51,854 nucleotides of DNA from contig JACREG010000040.1 of NCBI GenBank assembly GCA_016218375.1, positions 1 through 51,854 on the forward strand. The letters run 5' to 3'. Positions within the stretch are counted from its first letter, which is position 1; each line of letters starts with the position of its first letter. The notes under the pieces were generated by a model. It saw nothing but the letters and a program-made list of their open reading frames with translations. It searched no databases and was not told where the DNA came from. The position numbers were made by a program, and so were the translations under genes. Source of the DNA: Gammaproteobacteria bacterium. GTDB lineage: Bacteria; Pseudomonadota; Gammaproteobacteria; Thiohalobacterales; Thiohalobacteraceae. Positions 7,879-16,027 of the stretch are shown here, in pieces.

Positions 7879-10536
7879 ATGTTCGATGCTGAATCCCTGG
7901 ATGCCTATATCCAGCGTCGGCAGTTGAGCGCCGTTGCGGCGCGCGTGATCCGAGGGGTCCGCGATACCGAGCCCTCGCGCCGGGTGAGAGGCGGCAAGGC
8001 CAATGTCGCGTGCCGCTTTGCCAGCCGAAAAATGGGGCGAGTGATTCAGGCCGAGAGCCACAAGAACGAATTGGCGGCGGTGGTCGGCTGGGAACACGAC
8101 GCGGAAACCCATGAGTTCTACGACCAGCCGCCAAGAATCAAGCTGACGTATGCAGCCCCTGGGCGGCGTCGGGTGACGTGCCTAACGACGCCGGATTACT
8201 TCCTGCTCCAGGAACGCTTCACCGGCTGGGTGGAATGCAAGACGGAAGACTGGTTGAAGGCGCAGTCCCAGGACGGGTCGGTGTTGTACGTGTCGGACGG
8301 GGCAGGCGGATGGCGGTGCCCGCCCGGCGAGGAGTATGCGGCGGCGTTAGGGCTTGAATTCCGTGTGCGGTCATCGGCTGAGTCGAATTGGGTGTGGCTC
8401 AGGAACCTCGAGTTTCTGTCGGATTACTTGGATGAGCGCTGCCCCGCGCCGGCGTTCGACGAAGTGGAACGCATCCGTGCTGCATGCTTTGAAGGCCGTG
8501 CCTGGCTGTTCTTGAAGGATTTGCTGGAGGCGGGGTTCGCTGTCTCGGCCGATGTGCTCTACAAACTGATCGCGGACCGGCATCTCTACGTCGATCTAGA
8601 GAAAGAATTGTTGGCCGAGCCGGAGCGTACGCGTGTCTATCGCGATCGATGCGCTGCAGACGCCTATCGCATCCATGTGGCCAGCCAGTGCTTGCCGACA
8701 GTCACGAACTTTCAGACATTGGGCTTGAGCACCGGCCAGCAACTGCTGTGGGATGGTCAGCCCTGGCGAATTATCAATGTCGGCGATGACGAGGTGTTCC
8801 TGGAAGGGATTGATCGTCAGTTCGCAACACTGCGTCGCGCGGTGATCCAAGAACTGGTTCGCGAGGGGACGATCACTGGTCTGCCGCAATCTGCCCCGTC
8901 GGAAACGAGCGACGTCGAGGCCATGGTGCGCAGCGCGGGTCCGGCAGATTTCGAGCATGCCTTGCACCGCTATTACTGTCTCTTCCCTGAAAAAGCCCCC
9001 AAGAATGCCCCGCAGGCCAGCGCGCGGGCCCTGCGCAAATGGCGCGCTCTTTACCGCCAGGGGCAGCAAGTGCTCGGTTCGGGATTCGTCGGTCTCTTGC
9101 CGAAGATACAGGCGCGTGGCAACCGGGAGCGCAAGCTTGATGAAGCGGTGATTGCGGTGATGGATGCCGTGATCGATGAGCTGTTTGCGGTACCGGGTCA
9201 ACGGACCCTCGTGACCTGTTGGGGCGAAGTGTCCAATCGCTGCGAGGCGCGCGGCCTGATGTCGCCAAGCGAACAGGCCTTTCGAGACCAACTCCGACGG
9301 CGCCGGGCGCACGACCTCAAGGCAGCGCGCGAAGGCGACAAGGCGGCTTATGCGCTGGAGGAATTTTATTGGTGCCTTGAGCGGACGACCCCACGTCACG
9401 GCGAGCGTCCCTTTGAAATAGGGCATATCGATCATACGGAACTTGACCTGCAATTCGTGGGCAGTCGCCGTGGCGAAAAACTTGGGCGCGCCTGGTTGAC
9501 ACTTTTTATCGACGCCTTTTCGCGGATGATTCTGGCCTGGGTTGTGATGTTTGAAGAGCCGAGCTATCGCAGCTGCATGATGGTCATACGCGAGTGTGTC
9601 AAACGCCACGGCCGCATACCAAAATACATTGTGGTCGATAGGGGGTCTGAATTTGAAGGGAAGTATTTCGAGATGCTCCTGGCACGACTTGAGAGCCATA
9701 AGAAAACGCGCCCTGGAAGCAAGCCTCGGTTTGGGTCTGTGATAGAACGACTATTCGGAATCAGCAATCGAGAGTTTGTTCACAATCTAGAAGGTAATAA
9801 CCAAGCTCTCCAGAAACCTCGCAGTCTTTCGAAAGGATACGATCCAAGGCGTCGTGCGATCTGGGCGCTGCCTGAATTCACGGTGGCGTTCGAAGGCTAC
9901 CTCGAGCAGGTGTATTCCGCGCGTGAGCATCAAGCCCTTGGCATGAGTCCGAAACAGGCGCTGGCTGTCGGTCTTGTGCACTCGGGTCTACGGGAGCATG
10001 CGCTGATTCCTTATACGCGAGAATTTCAGATCCTCTGTTTGCCGTCGACCCGCAAAGGGGTGGCGAAGGTTGATCCTGGGCGCGGCGTCAAGGTCGGTTA
10101 CATCTACTATTGGACCCGGGAGTTTCGCGACCCTGCTCGTACGCGAGAGCCCGTACCCGTCCGCTACGATCCCTTCGATGTGTCAGTGGCCTTTGTCTGG
10201 TTGGTCGACCACTGGGCGGAGTGTCGATCTGAGTATGCAGCAGAGCTGGAAGGTCGTTCCGAGCGGGAGATCGCGATTGCCACTCAGGAGCTACGTGCAC
10301 GCTTTAAGCGTACGGGCGAACGTCGGGCTCTAAATGCGAAGCTGATTGCGCGTTATTTAAGCGATACGGCGGCGACGGAGAAGTCGCTGCTCCAGCGGAA
10401 GCGCCAAAATGAAATGCAAGCGGCCCGGGATCTTTGTTCAGATAAGGGCATGCAGAACATACCCGCCGCCGGGCGGAGTGACGTCGAAGATGTGTGGGCC
10501 AAGGTGACGCCCAAGATTTTAGGAGACTTTGTATGA
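7879..10536 (+). CDS. TnsA-TnsB fusion transposase (TnsA endonuclease-like N-terminus plus DDE/Mu-type transposase)
   Basis: Residues ~55-135 (QAESHKNE...TTPDYFLLQERFTGWVECK) match the TnsA E...D...K restriction-endonuclease-like layout. Downstream is a DDE rve core (GHIDHTELD, LFIDAFSRM, GSVIERLFG) and a Mu-transposase C-terminal-like region (VKVGYIYYWT...VRYDPFDVSVAFVWL). 885 aa is about the combined size of TnsA plus a short TnsB. Confidence 0.75.
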   Translation: MFDAESLDAYIQRRQLSAVAARVIRGVRDTEPSRRVRGGKANVACRFASRKMGRVIQAESHKNELAAVVGWEHDAETHEFYDQPPRIKLTYAAPGRRRVTCLTTPDYFLLQERFTGWVECKTEDWLKAQSQDGSVLYVSDGAGGWRCPPGEEYAAALGLEFRVRSSAESNWVWLRNLEFLSDYLDERCPAPAFDEVERIRAACFEGRAWLFLKDLLEAGFAVSADVLYKLIADRHLYVDLEKELLAEPERTRVYRDRCAADAYRIHVASQCLPTVTNFQTLGLSTGQQLLWDGQPWRIINVGDDEVFLEGIDRQFATLRRAVIQELVREGTITGLPQSAPSETSDVEAMVRSAGPADFEHALHRYYCLFPEKAPKNAPQASARALRKWRALYRQGQQVLGSGFVGLLPKIQARGNRERKLDEAVIAVMDAVIDELFAVPGQRTLVTCWGEVSNRCEARGLMSPSEQAFRDQLRRRRAHDLKAAREGDKAAYALEEFYWCLERTTPRHGERPFEIGHIDHTELDLQFVGSRRGEKLGRAWLTLFIDAFSRMILAWVVMFEEPSYRSCMMVIRECVKRHGRIPKYIVVDRGSEFEGKYFEMLLARLESHKKTRPGSKPRFGSVIERLFGISNREFVHNLEGNNQALQKPRSLSKGYDPRRRAIWALPEFTVAFEGYLEQVYSAREHQALGMSPKQALAVGLVHSGLREHALIPYTREFQILCLPSTRKGVAKVDPGRGVKVGYIYYWTREFRDPARTREPVPVRYDPFDVSVAFVWLVDHWAECRSEYAAELEGRSEREIAIATQELRARFKRTGERRALNAKLIARYLSDTAATEKSLLQRKRQNEMQAARDLCSDKGMQNIPAAGRSDVEDVWAKVTPKILGDFV

Positions 10537-11693
10537 GATCAGCACGAAAACAGGAAGTCGAGTCGCAATACCCACCGATCGGTATTACCGAAGCGGTGGA
10601 TGAATTTGCAAAGCGAGTTATCAATCATGAGGCGCTTAGCCGTGCATACCGTAAAGCGCGGTCGGCACTCAGTAGCTCGGGCGGTCCGCGCGTGGTGATG
10701 ATCGCCGGGCCGACCGGCGTGGGGAAAACGACGCTGGCGCAGGCGCTCAGACGCCATGCCATGGAACGGTACGCCAAGGAAATTATCGCGGACCCCAGCT
10801 GCGTGCCGGTGATCTACGGCAATGCGATCCCGCCCAACGGCGCCAGCTTTAGCTGGAAAGACTTTTACATCCGCTTGCTGGAGCGCCACGGCGACGTTCT
10901 GACGAATCGGAAACTGCTTGTCCCGCGGCAGAGCGAGATTTTCCCGGAGTTGCCCGCGCCCTCGCCTTTGGAGCGGTCGGTGACCGACGCCTTGCGACGC
11001 GCCGTGGAAAATTGCATGCGTCTGCGCAAGACTCGGGTATTGATCATTGATGAGGCGCACCATCTCTTGATGGTGAATGACCCGCGACGTCTCGAGTTCC
11101 AATTCGAAGCGCTGAAGTCGCTGACTATCGAAACCGACGCCGTCATCGTGCTTCTTGGGACTTACCGACTGCTGGAGATTCGTGATCAGAGCGGACAATT
11201 GGTGAGGCGCAGCGAAATCATTCATTTTCCGCGCTATGACATACGGGTTCAGCAGGATATTGAGGCCTTCGCCTCCGTGCTGGAAACCTTCCAGTCCCAG
11301 TTGCCGCTCAAAAGAACGCCAAATTTCCTTGCGGATGCGGAATATTTCTATCTCAAGACCGGCGGCTGTGTCGGCATCTTGAAGGATTGGCTCACGCGTT
11401 GCCTTGAACAGGCGCTCATTGAGGGCAGGAAGACCATCGATAGGGAGTTTGCCGAGCGATATTCGTTGTCCAATAAGAGCCTCAAGACCATCATCGAGGA
11501 GGCGATGAATGGCGAAGAAAAGCTCTCCGATGTGGGGGTCGAGAAGGTCGAGAAACTCCTAAAAGAGGGTGTGCCTACCGAGGACGATGTTGCGACCCCG
11601 TCATCAACGCGCAAAACTGGCAATAAGGGACGGCGGGTAGGTGAACGTTTGCCGGTTCGCGATCCGGTAGGAGGCGCCTATGTGGCCCCGTAA
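10533..11693 (+). CDS. TnsC/TniB-family AAA+ ATPase
   Basis: ATGA overlap with the tnsAB stop. Walker A GPTGVGKTT and Walker B VLIIDEAHHL. 386 aa. Confidence 0.8.
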   Translation: MRSARKQEVESQYPPIGITEAVDEFAKRVINHEALSRAYRKARSALSSSGGPRVVMIAGPTGVGKTTLAQALRRHAMERYAKEIIADPSCVPVIYGNAIPPNGASFSWKDFYIRLLERHGDVLTNRKLLVPRQSEIFPELPAPSPLERSVTDALRRAVENCMRLRKTRVLIIDEAHHLLMVNDPRRLEFQFEALKSLTIETDAVIVLLGTYRLLEIRDQSGQLVRRSEIIHFPRYDIRVQQDIEAFASVLETFQSQLPLKRTPNFLADAEYFYLKTGGCVGILKDWLTRCLEQALIEGRKTIDREFAERYSLSNKSLKTIIEEAMNGEEKLSDVGVEKVEKLLKEGVPTEDDVATPSSTRKTGNKGRRVGERLPVRDPVGGAYVAP

Positions 11694-13062
11694 TCCTCCA
11701 CTCGTCGAGGAATTTGATGTCGATATCCCGCCGCTGCCGCCGCGCAGCGCACTATACGCCTTGCCGATAGAGAATCCGTCGACCGCGCTTCGTGAAGGGC
11801 TGTTGTCATACATTGTCCGGCTTGCGCGCGCGTATTCGGTGAACCCCCGCCGCCTGATCCGGGAGGTGTTTCCGCAATCCGACTCTGCGTTCGAAAAGCT
11901 GCGATATGCGTCGTTCTTTACACGGTATGTCGGCACTCTGGACGGTCTAGGGCACTTTGCGGAAACCTTCGCGAAGAGTATTTGCCACCTGACCGGTGGA
12001 GTGGCTGCGCATCAGATGACATTGCTTCCACTGAAGGCGCTATTCCCGATCAATGGCGCCGGTCTCCTGGTGGCGTATCCCAAATGGTGTCCGGATTGTA
12101 TACGGGACATGGTTCGCTCGGGGCGAGACGTCTACCGACCTTTGGTATGGTCGTTTGATCTTTATACCGTGTGCCATGTGCACGGACATCGGCTGGCCGC
12201 GCATTGCGAACACTGCAGTCGGACACAACCCTTCATACCAAAGTTCCCTGACCTCGGGCGGTGTGCCTATTGTTTACGGCCTCTGGTTAATACGATCAGC
12301 AGCGAACAGCACGTTGCGCAAAGCAGGCCAGCCAAAAGGTTGGATCGCTGGGTGTCCGAGGCCATTGCGGATCTCGTGGAGCATCTACACGAATATTCCG
12401 ACCAAGCCACACAGAATCGCTTCGCTCAATTCGTGAAGGCCAGGGTTGACTTCCATACCGGCGGAAATCGGGCGGCATTCTGCAGGGCGCTGGGCCTACC
12501 GCGTTGGGTCATGACCAAGTGGCTGTCTGCCGGCGAAAGACCTGGTTTGCCGCAGCTGCTCACGATCTGTTACGGGCTGCAAATTTTTCCGAGCGAAATA
12601 TTTCTAATCGATTCGGCTGAGCCTCTGCACAAAAATCATCTTCCATTGCGCAGAGTACCTGAAAAGCTGTTCCAACGGGCCGAACGGCCGCTGCTGGATA
12701 CCGAGGAACGCCGACGAATCGTGGCTGAATTGGAGGCGTCCGTGGCCGATCTCGATGACGCCCGGCCGCTTGCCGAGATTGCCCGAGGTTTAGGGCAGAC
12801 CAGAAGCTGCCTGTCCTATTGGTTTCCGGAACTCTGTGCTGCGATCCGAGCGAAGCATGCAGCCTTCCGGCAACGCAAATCGGCTGAGCGGCAGCGGAGG
12901 GATCGGGCCGCGGTTGTTCAGGCGGTGCGTGACTTAAAGGAACAAGGGGAATACCCGGGGCGGAAAAAGGTGGATGCCGCCCTCCGGGCTCAAGGCGTGG
13001 CTCTGATCCGACCGGAACTCATGCAAGTCTATCGCGCTGCTCTTCTCGATAAACCAGAGTAA
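11680..13062 (+). CDS. TniQ/TnsD-family target-selection protein
   Basis: Overlaps the tnsC end. TniQ-like N-terminus (PPLPPRSALYALPIEN...EGLLSYIVRLARAYSVNPRRLI). Cys/His zinc-finger cluster (CPDC...CHVH...CEHC...CAYC). C-terminal helix-rich region. 460 aa. Confidence 0.75.
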   Translation: MWPRNPPLVEEFDVDIPPLPPRSALYALPIENPSTALREGLLSYIVRLARAYSVNPRRLIREVFPQSDSAFEKLRYASFFTRYVGTLDGLGHFAETFAKSICHLTGGVAAHQMTLLPLKALFPINGAGLLVAYPKWCPDCIRDMVRSGRDVYRPLVWSFDLYTVCHVHGHRLAAHCEHCSRTQPFIPKFPDLGRCAYCLRPLVNTISSEQHVAQSRPAKRLDRWVSEAIADLVEHLHEYSDQATQNRFAQFVKARVDFHTGGNRAAFCRALGLPRWVMTKWLSAGERPGLPQLLTICYGLQIFPSEIFLIDSAEPLHKNHLPLRRVPEKLFQRAERPLLDTEERRRIVAELEASVADLDDARPLAEIARGLGQTRSCLSYWFPELCAAIRAKHAAFRQRKSAERQRRDRAAVVQAVRDLKEQGEYPGRKKVDAALRAQGVALIRPELMQVYRAALLDKPE

Positions 13063-13157
13063 TCCACCTATATTAAGAGATTGTGGTCTACTTGGAGCCA
13101 GCGTGCGCATCCGTCTGGTCGGACCCGCAGGCATAACCGTTCCGCTGACATCTGAAG

Positions 13158-13188
13158 CCATAACCGTGCCGAAGCGGCACGATTATGG
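13158..13188. repeat. Inverted repeat / hairpin built from two copies of the CCATAAYCGTGCCG motif
   Basis: ccataaccgtgccg-aag-cggcacgattatgg, 14-bp arms with 1 mismatch. Lies between the tniQ stop and the tRNA. Confidence 0.6.
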
Positions 13189-13225
13189 GTCCAACTACAC
13201 GCCAGGGTGGCGGGTTGCGGGATTA

Positions 13226-13301
13226 TGGTGGAGCGGAGGAGGATCGAACTCCCGACCTCTGCATTGCGAACGCAGCGCTCTCCCAGCTGAGCTACCGCCC
13301 C
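13226..13301 (-). tRNA. tRNA-Ala (anticodon CGC)
   Basis: Reverse complement GGGGCGGTAGCTCAGCTGGGAGAGCGCTGCGTTCGCAATGCAGAGGTCGGGAGTTCGATCCTCCTCCGCTCCACCA folds as a cloverleaf. It has the G3:U70 Ala identity pair, anticodon loop TTCGCAA and an encoded CCA. Confidence 0.9.
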
Positions 13302-13397
13302 AATACTGCATGAATCATCGTGCTTTCCCGGCCAACCGGGCCGAGTGCGGCGTATTCTAGCATCGCTTTCCCGTTCCGTGCCATATGGCCGTGAAGA

Positions 13398-14141
13398 TCA
13401 GCTACGCGCTTTGCGCCGCAGCATTTCCCGTTCGAGCTGGGCGACGAATTTCCGTAGGGTCTGCTCTTGCTGGGGCTGGAGGTGGCGAAAGGCCGCGCCG
13501 ATGTGCTGTACCTGGCGTTGCGCGTCGTGGCGGGCAAAACGGATTTCGAGTTCGGCCTGAATGGATTCGCCTTTGGGCAGGTGAATCGAACAGGTGTCGA
13601 TGATCTGACCGTGGCTCAGTTTGATGTTTGTGCTGATGTTGGCGCCCAGTCCACCCAGAGACAAGTCGGATAATTCGCCGTTGAGTATCGAGGCGCCTTC
13701 CAATGGTAAGTGAACGGGCACGGTGAGGTTCAGACCTACCCGCACGCGGAAATTGATACGGCGTTGCAGATAGTTGATGGCCTCGGGGAGGGGCGCACGG
13801 TAGAACGAGATGCCGCGCTGACTTTGGCCGATTTCTATGGCACAGGTGAAGCTCAGTTCGACGCCCTGGCATTGGCAACGCACGCGCAATTGCCGGGCTT
13901 GGCAGGCGAACTCGTGGCCGCTGCGGGGGCCGAGTTCGTCGAGCAGGATGAAGTCGCGTTCCGGGTTGACGTCGAGGAGCATGCTGTTGAACAGGCCTTC
14001 ATGACCGGGCACCTGCACGCTCAGCAGAACCCGCTGATCACGCACCCGTCGCAGCAAACCGGCAATCTGCGGGGGATGAGTAATTCGCTCGGTTTTGCCT
14101 TGATAATCGGTGGACCGGTCCGGTTCCCGTTTTTCTGTCAT
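13398..14141 (-). CDS. ycgR: YcgR-like flagellar brake protein (PilZN plus PilZ)
   Basis: 247 aa from the ATG at 14141. PilZ motifs RRINFR and DLSLGG. Located at the edge of the flagellar cluster. The upstream part of the 406-aa ORF overlaps flgN and is rejected. Confidence 0.75.
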   Translation of the reverse strand: MTEKREPDRSTDYQGKTERITHPPQIAGLLRRVRDQRVLLSVQVPGHEGLFNSMLLDVNPERDFILLDELGPRSGHEFACQARQLRVRCQCQGVELSFTCAIEIGQSQRGISFYRAPLPEAINYLQRRINFRVRVGLNLTVPVHLPLEGASILNGELSDLSLGGLGANISTNIKLSHGQIIDTCSIHLPKGESIQAELEIRFARHDAQRQVQHIGAAFRHLQPQQEQTLRKFVAQLEREMLRRKARS

Positions 14142-14247
14142 CGCCTGACCATGCTCCGGGCTATGCCTCAGTTCAGGTCTGGATGATACGCACTGCGCAC
14201 GGCGATGAGAATCCGCTTGTTGTCGCGGGGGAGATTCACGGGGCGGT

Positions 14248-14736
14248 TCACGCTTTGGCGAGGCTGCGCCCGTTGTCTTCGTTGAGTGCGGTCGAACCGG
14301 TTGGGTTGTAGAGCGGGACGGCAATGGGTTGTCCGCGGAGGATGGCGAGGGCCTGCTGGGCATGGCGGCGGCTGGAATCCAGGGTCGCCCCATTGATGCG
14401 GTTTTGCTGCTGACAGCGACGGATGCGTTCCAGCAGCAGGTGCCAGCCGCGCTTGAGTTGTCCGCGGTCGTCGCACCAGTCGATACAAGCCTCGATATCG
14501 CGATTGGCGCCGCTGAATCCGGTCTGTTCCAGAATCTGTTGCTTGCGGAGTTCCAATGCCTCGAAGGTCTGCATGAGGGCTTGCTTATCGCCGACCAGCC
14601 GTTCCAGACGGTCGACATCGCGACTTGCCAGGGCCTCGGCCTCGGCGGTCAGCGTAGCGTGCAACTGTCCGGCGCAGTCGAATTCCGCACGGAGCAGGTC
14701 GAGCATCTGGCTACGGTAGTGCTGACGGTCGTTCAT
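14248..14736 (-). CDS. flgN: Flagellar chaperone FlgN
   Basis: 162-aa helical protein directly downstream of flgM. FlgN-like LLDLLRAEFDCAGQLHATLTAEAEALASRDVDRLERLVGDKQ. Confidence 0.75.
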   Translation of the reverse strand: MNDRQHYRSQMLDLLRAEFDCAGQLHATLTAEAEALASRDVDRLERLVGDKQALMQTFEALELRKQQILEQTGFSGANRDIEACIDWCDDRGQLKRGWHLLLERIRRCQQQNRINGATLDSSRRHAQQALAILRGQPIAVPLYNPTGSTALNEDNGRSLAKA

Positions 14737-14750
14737 CGGTCGATGTCGGC

Positions 14751-15077
14751 TCAGCTCATGTCGCCGAGGGCTTTTTCCAGGCTCATCATCTTGCTGGCAA
14801 CCCGATTCGGATCGATTTCATAGCTGCCGTTCGCCAGAGACTCTTTCACGGCGTTGACCTTCTGGGTGTCGACCACCGGTTGTTCGGCGATCTGCTGTTC
14901 CAGATTACGGAGCTGCTGGGCCTCGGGGGTCAGGCTGACCTGGTCGAGTGCCGGCGCCGGGGCGCTGTTTTTCTCGGCGACCTTCTCGGTCGGCGTTGGG
15001 GTGCCCCCTCCACGGTGCGAACCAAGCTCGGAAACTTGCGCCGAGGATGGAGGAATATTGTTGATATCTATGGCCAT
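14751..15077 (-). CDS. flgM: Anti-sigma-28 factor FlgM
   Basis: 108 aa. Conserved C-terminus VDTQKVNAVKESLANGSYEIDPNRVASKMM. Confidence 0.85.
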   Translation of the reverse strand: MAIDINNIPPSSAQVSELGSHRGGGTPTPTEKVAEKNSAPAPALDQVSLTPEAQQLRNLEQQIAEQPVVDTQKVNAVKESLANGSYEIDPNRVASKMMSLEKALGDMS

Positions 15078-15119
15078 TCTAGTCTCCCTAGGGTTGCCGG
15101 TGCGATCTGTATGTTTTCT

Positions 15120-15146
15120 ATATCGTCTATTACTTCAATAACTTTA
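15120..15146 (-). promoter_or_regulatory. Sigma28 (FliA) promoter for flgMN
   Basis: Minus strand reads TAAAGTTA-N11-GACGATAT; consensus is TAAAGTTT-N11-GCCGATAA. In the flgA-flgM spacer. Confidence 0.6.
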
Positions 15147-15168
15147 ACGTCTTTTTCGGGCTCGGCGG

Positions 15169-15891
15169 TCAAAGCGTCACTTTTACGACGCTTGTTGAAA
15201 CAACCCAGCCTTCCACGATGCGTTGCGAGTTCAAGGCGCGTACCCGTATCCGCTCGCCACGGACGCCATCATTGACTGCCTCGCCCAACATTTCCACTTG
15301 AATCGGGCCTTGGCCGCTGACCAGCGTGACCCGGTCGCCGCGGCGGATTAACCGGGGTGCCTTGAGCATCGAGGGGGTCAAAACCGTCCCGGCGGGCAGG
15401 GTGCGCAGAGCGGCCATGCCTTGAATCTCTTCCGGGCTTTGCAGGTGGCCATGCCCGAGGCTGGAAAGCTCGGTTTCGACGATCTTGACGTCACTCGAGA
15501 CCAAGGCCGTGCCCCGTGCCAGGCTCCGGGCCGTAACCAGTGCCGGGCCAAAAACTTTAATTTCGGCAGTAACATAGACTGTCCATTCGGCGGTGTCCGG
15601 GCAATGTACCGCGACGCTGGTATGGCCGGATAAGCGCGTGCCCCCAGGTTGGGATGCGTGCAGCGCTTGCGTGCAGCGCGCCAGTCGCAGCCGCGGGTCG
15701 AGGCGGCCCAATGCGATCTCGGTACGCCCATGGGACTGATCGTGGAGGGACTGTTCAAGGAACGCCTGGGCGGTGTTCAGGATATCCGCCGTGGGCTGAA
15801 TGGCGTCGTCGGCCAGCGCACGCAGGCTGCCCAGGCAACCCGCCAGCAACAGCGGGGCAAGGGCACGCAAGGGGGGGCGGATCGCCGTCAT
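15169..15891 (-). CDS. flgA: Flagellar P-ring assembly chaperone FlgA
   Basis: 240 aa from the ATG at 15891 with a GGAGAG SD. Signal peptide MTAIRPPLRALAPLLLAGCLGSLRALA. C-terminal SAF-like GDRVTLVSGQGPIQVEMLGEAVNDGVRGERIRVR. Confidence 0.8.
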   Translation of the reverse strand: MTAIRPPLRALAPLLLAGCLGSLRALADDAIQPTADILNTAQAFLEQSLHDQSHGRTEIALGRLDPRLRLARCTQALHASQPGGTRLSGHTSVAVHCPDTAEWTVYVTAEIKVFGPALVTARSLARGTALVSSDVKIVETELSSLGHGHLQSPEEIQGMAALRTLPAGTVLTPSMLKAPRLIRRGDRVTLVSGQGPIQVEMLGEAVNDGVRGERIRVRALNSQRIVEGWVVSTSVVKVTL

Positions 15892-15925
15892 CGTCACTCT
15901 CCAGATTGCTTCTGTTGGGTGAAAA

Positions 15926-15941
15926 TGCAATTGCTGTGCCG
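15926..15941 (-). promoter_or_regulatory. Sigma54 promoter for flgA
   Basis: Minus strand reads cGGCAC-AGCAA-TTGCA, ~35 nt upstream of the flgA ATG. Confidence 0.55.
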
Positions 15942-15955
15942 TCCACTGTGCCCGA

Positions 15956-15982
15956 TAAAGGAACGTCGGGTTGCGCCGATAC
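15956..15982 (+). promoter_or_regulatory. Sigma28-like promoter for cheV
   Basis: TAAAGGAA-N11-GCCGATAC, 46 nt upstream of the cheV ATG. Confidence 0.5.
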
Positions 15983-16027
15983 GGGTGCGAGGGCGTCATA
16001 CAACTTTTGTCGGGCAGGAGAACAAAT

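Larger units (their letters stand above)
7650..13200 (+). mobile_element. Tn7-like transposon core (tnsAB fusion, tnsC/tniB, tniQ/tnsD); boundaries not determined
   Basis: Three co-oriented genes with overlapping stops and starts carry the signatures listed below. CATAAC(C)GTG-like motifs cluster at 7651-7711 and 13132-13228. No terminal TGT..ACA pair with a 5-bp duplication could be found. Confidence 0.5.

Noticed and set aside
7633-13204. Attempt to define Tn7-like termini as TGT...ACA with a 5-bp target-site duplication. Candidates were TGT at 7638, 7678 and 7698, and ACA at 13148-13150 and 13197-13199.
   Set aside because: None of the combinations gave matching 5-bp flanks or a convincing terminal inverted repeat, so the element boundaries are left open.
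14142-14618. N-terminal 159-aa extension of the 406-aa ORF that contains YcgR.
   Set aside because: It overlaps flgN in another frame and is Pro/Arg/Ser-rich. The PilZN domain begins right after the ATG at 14141.
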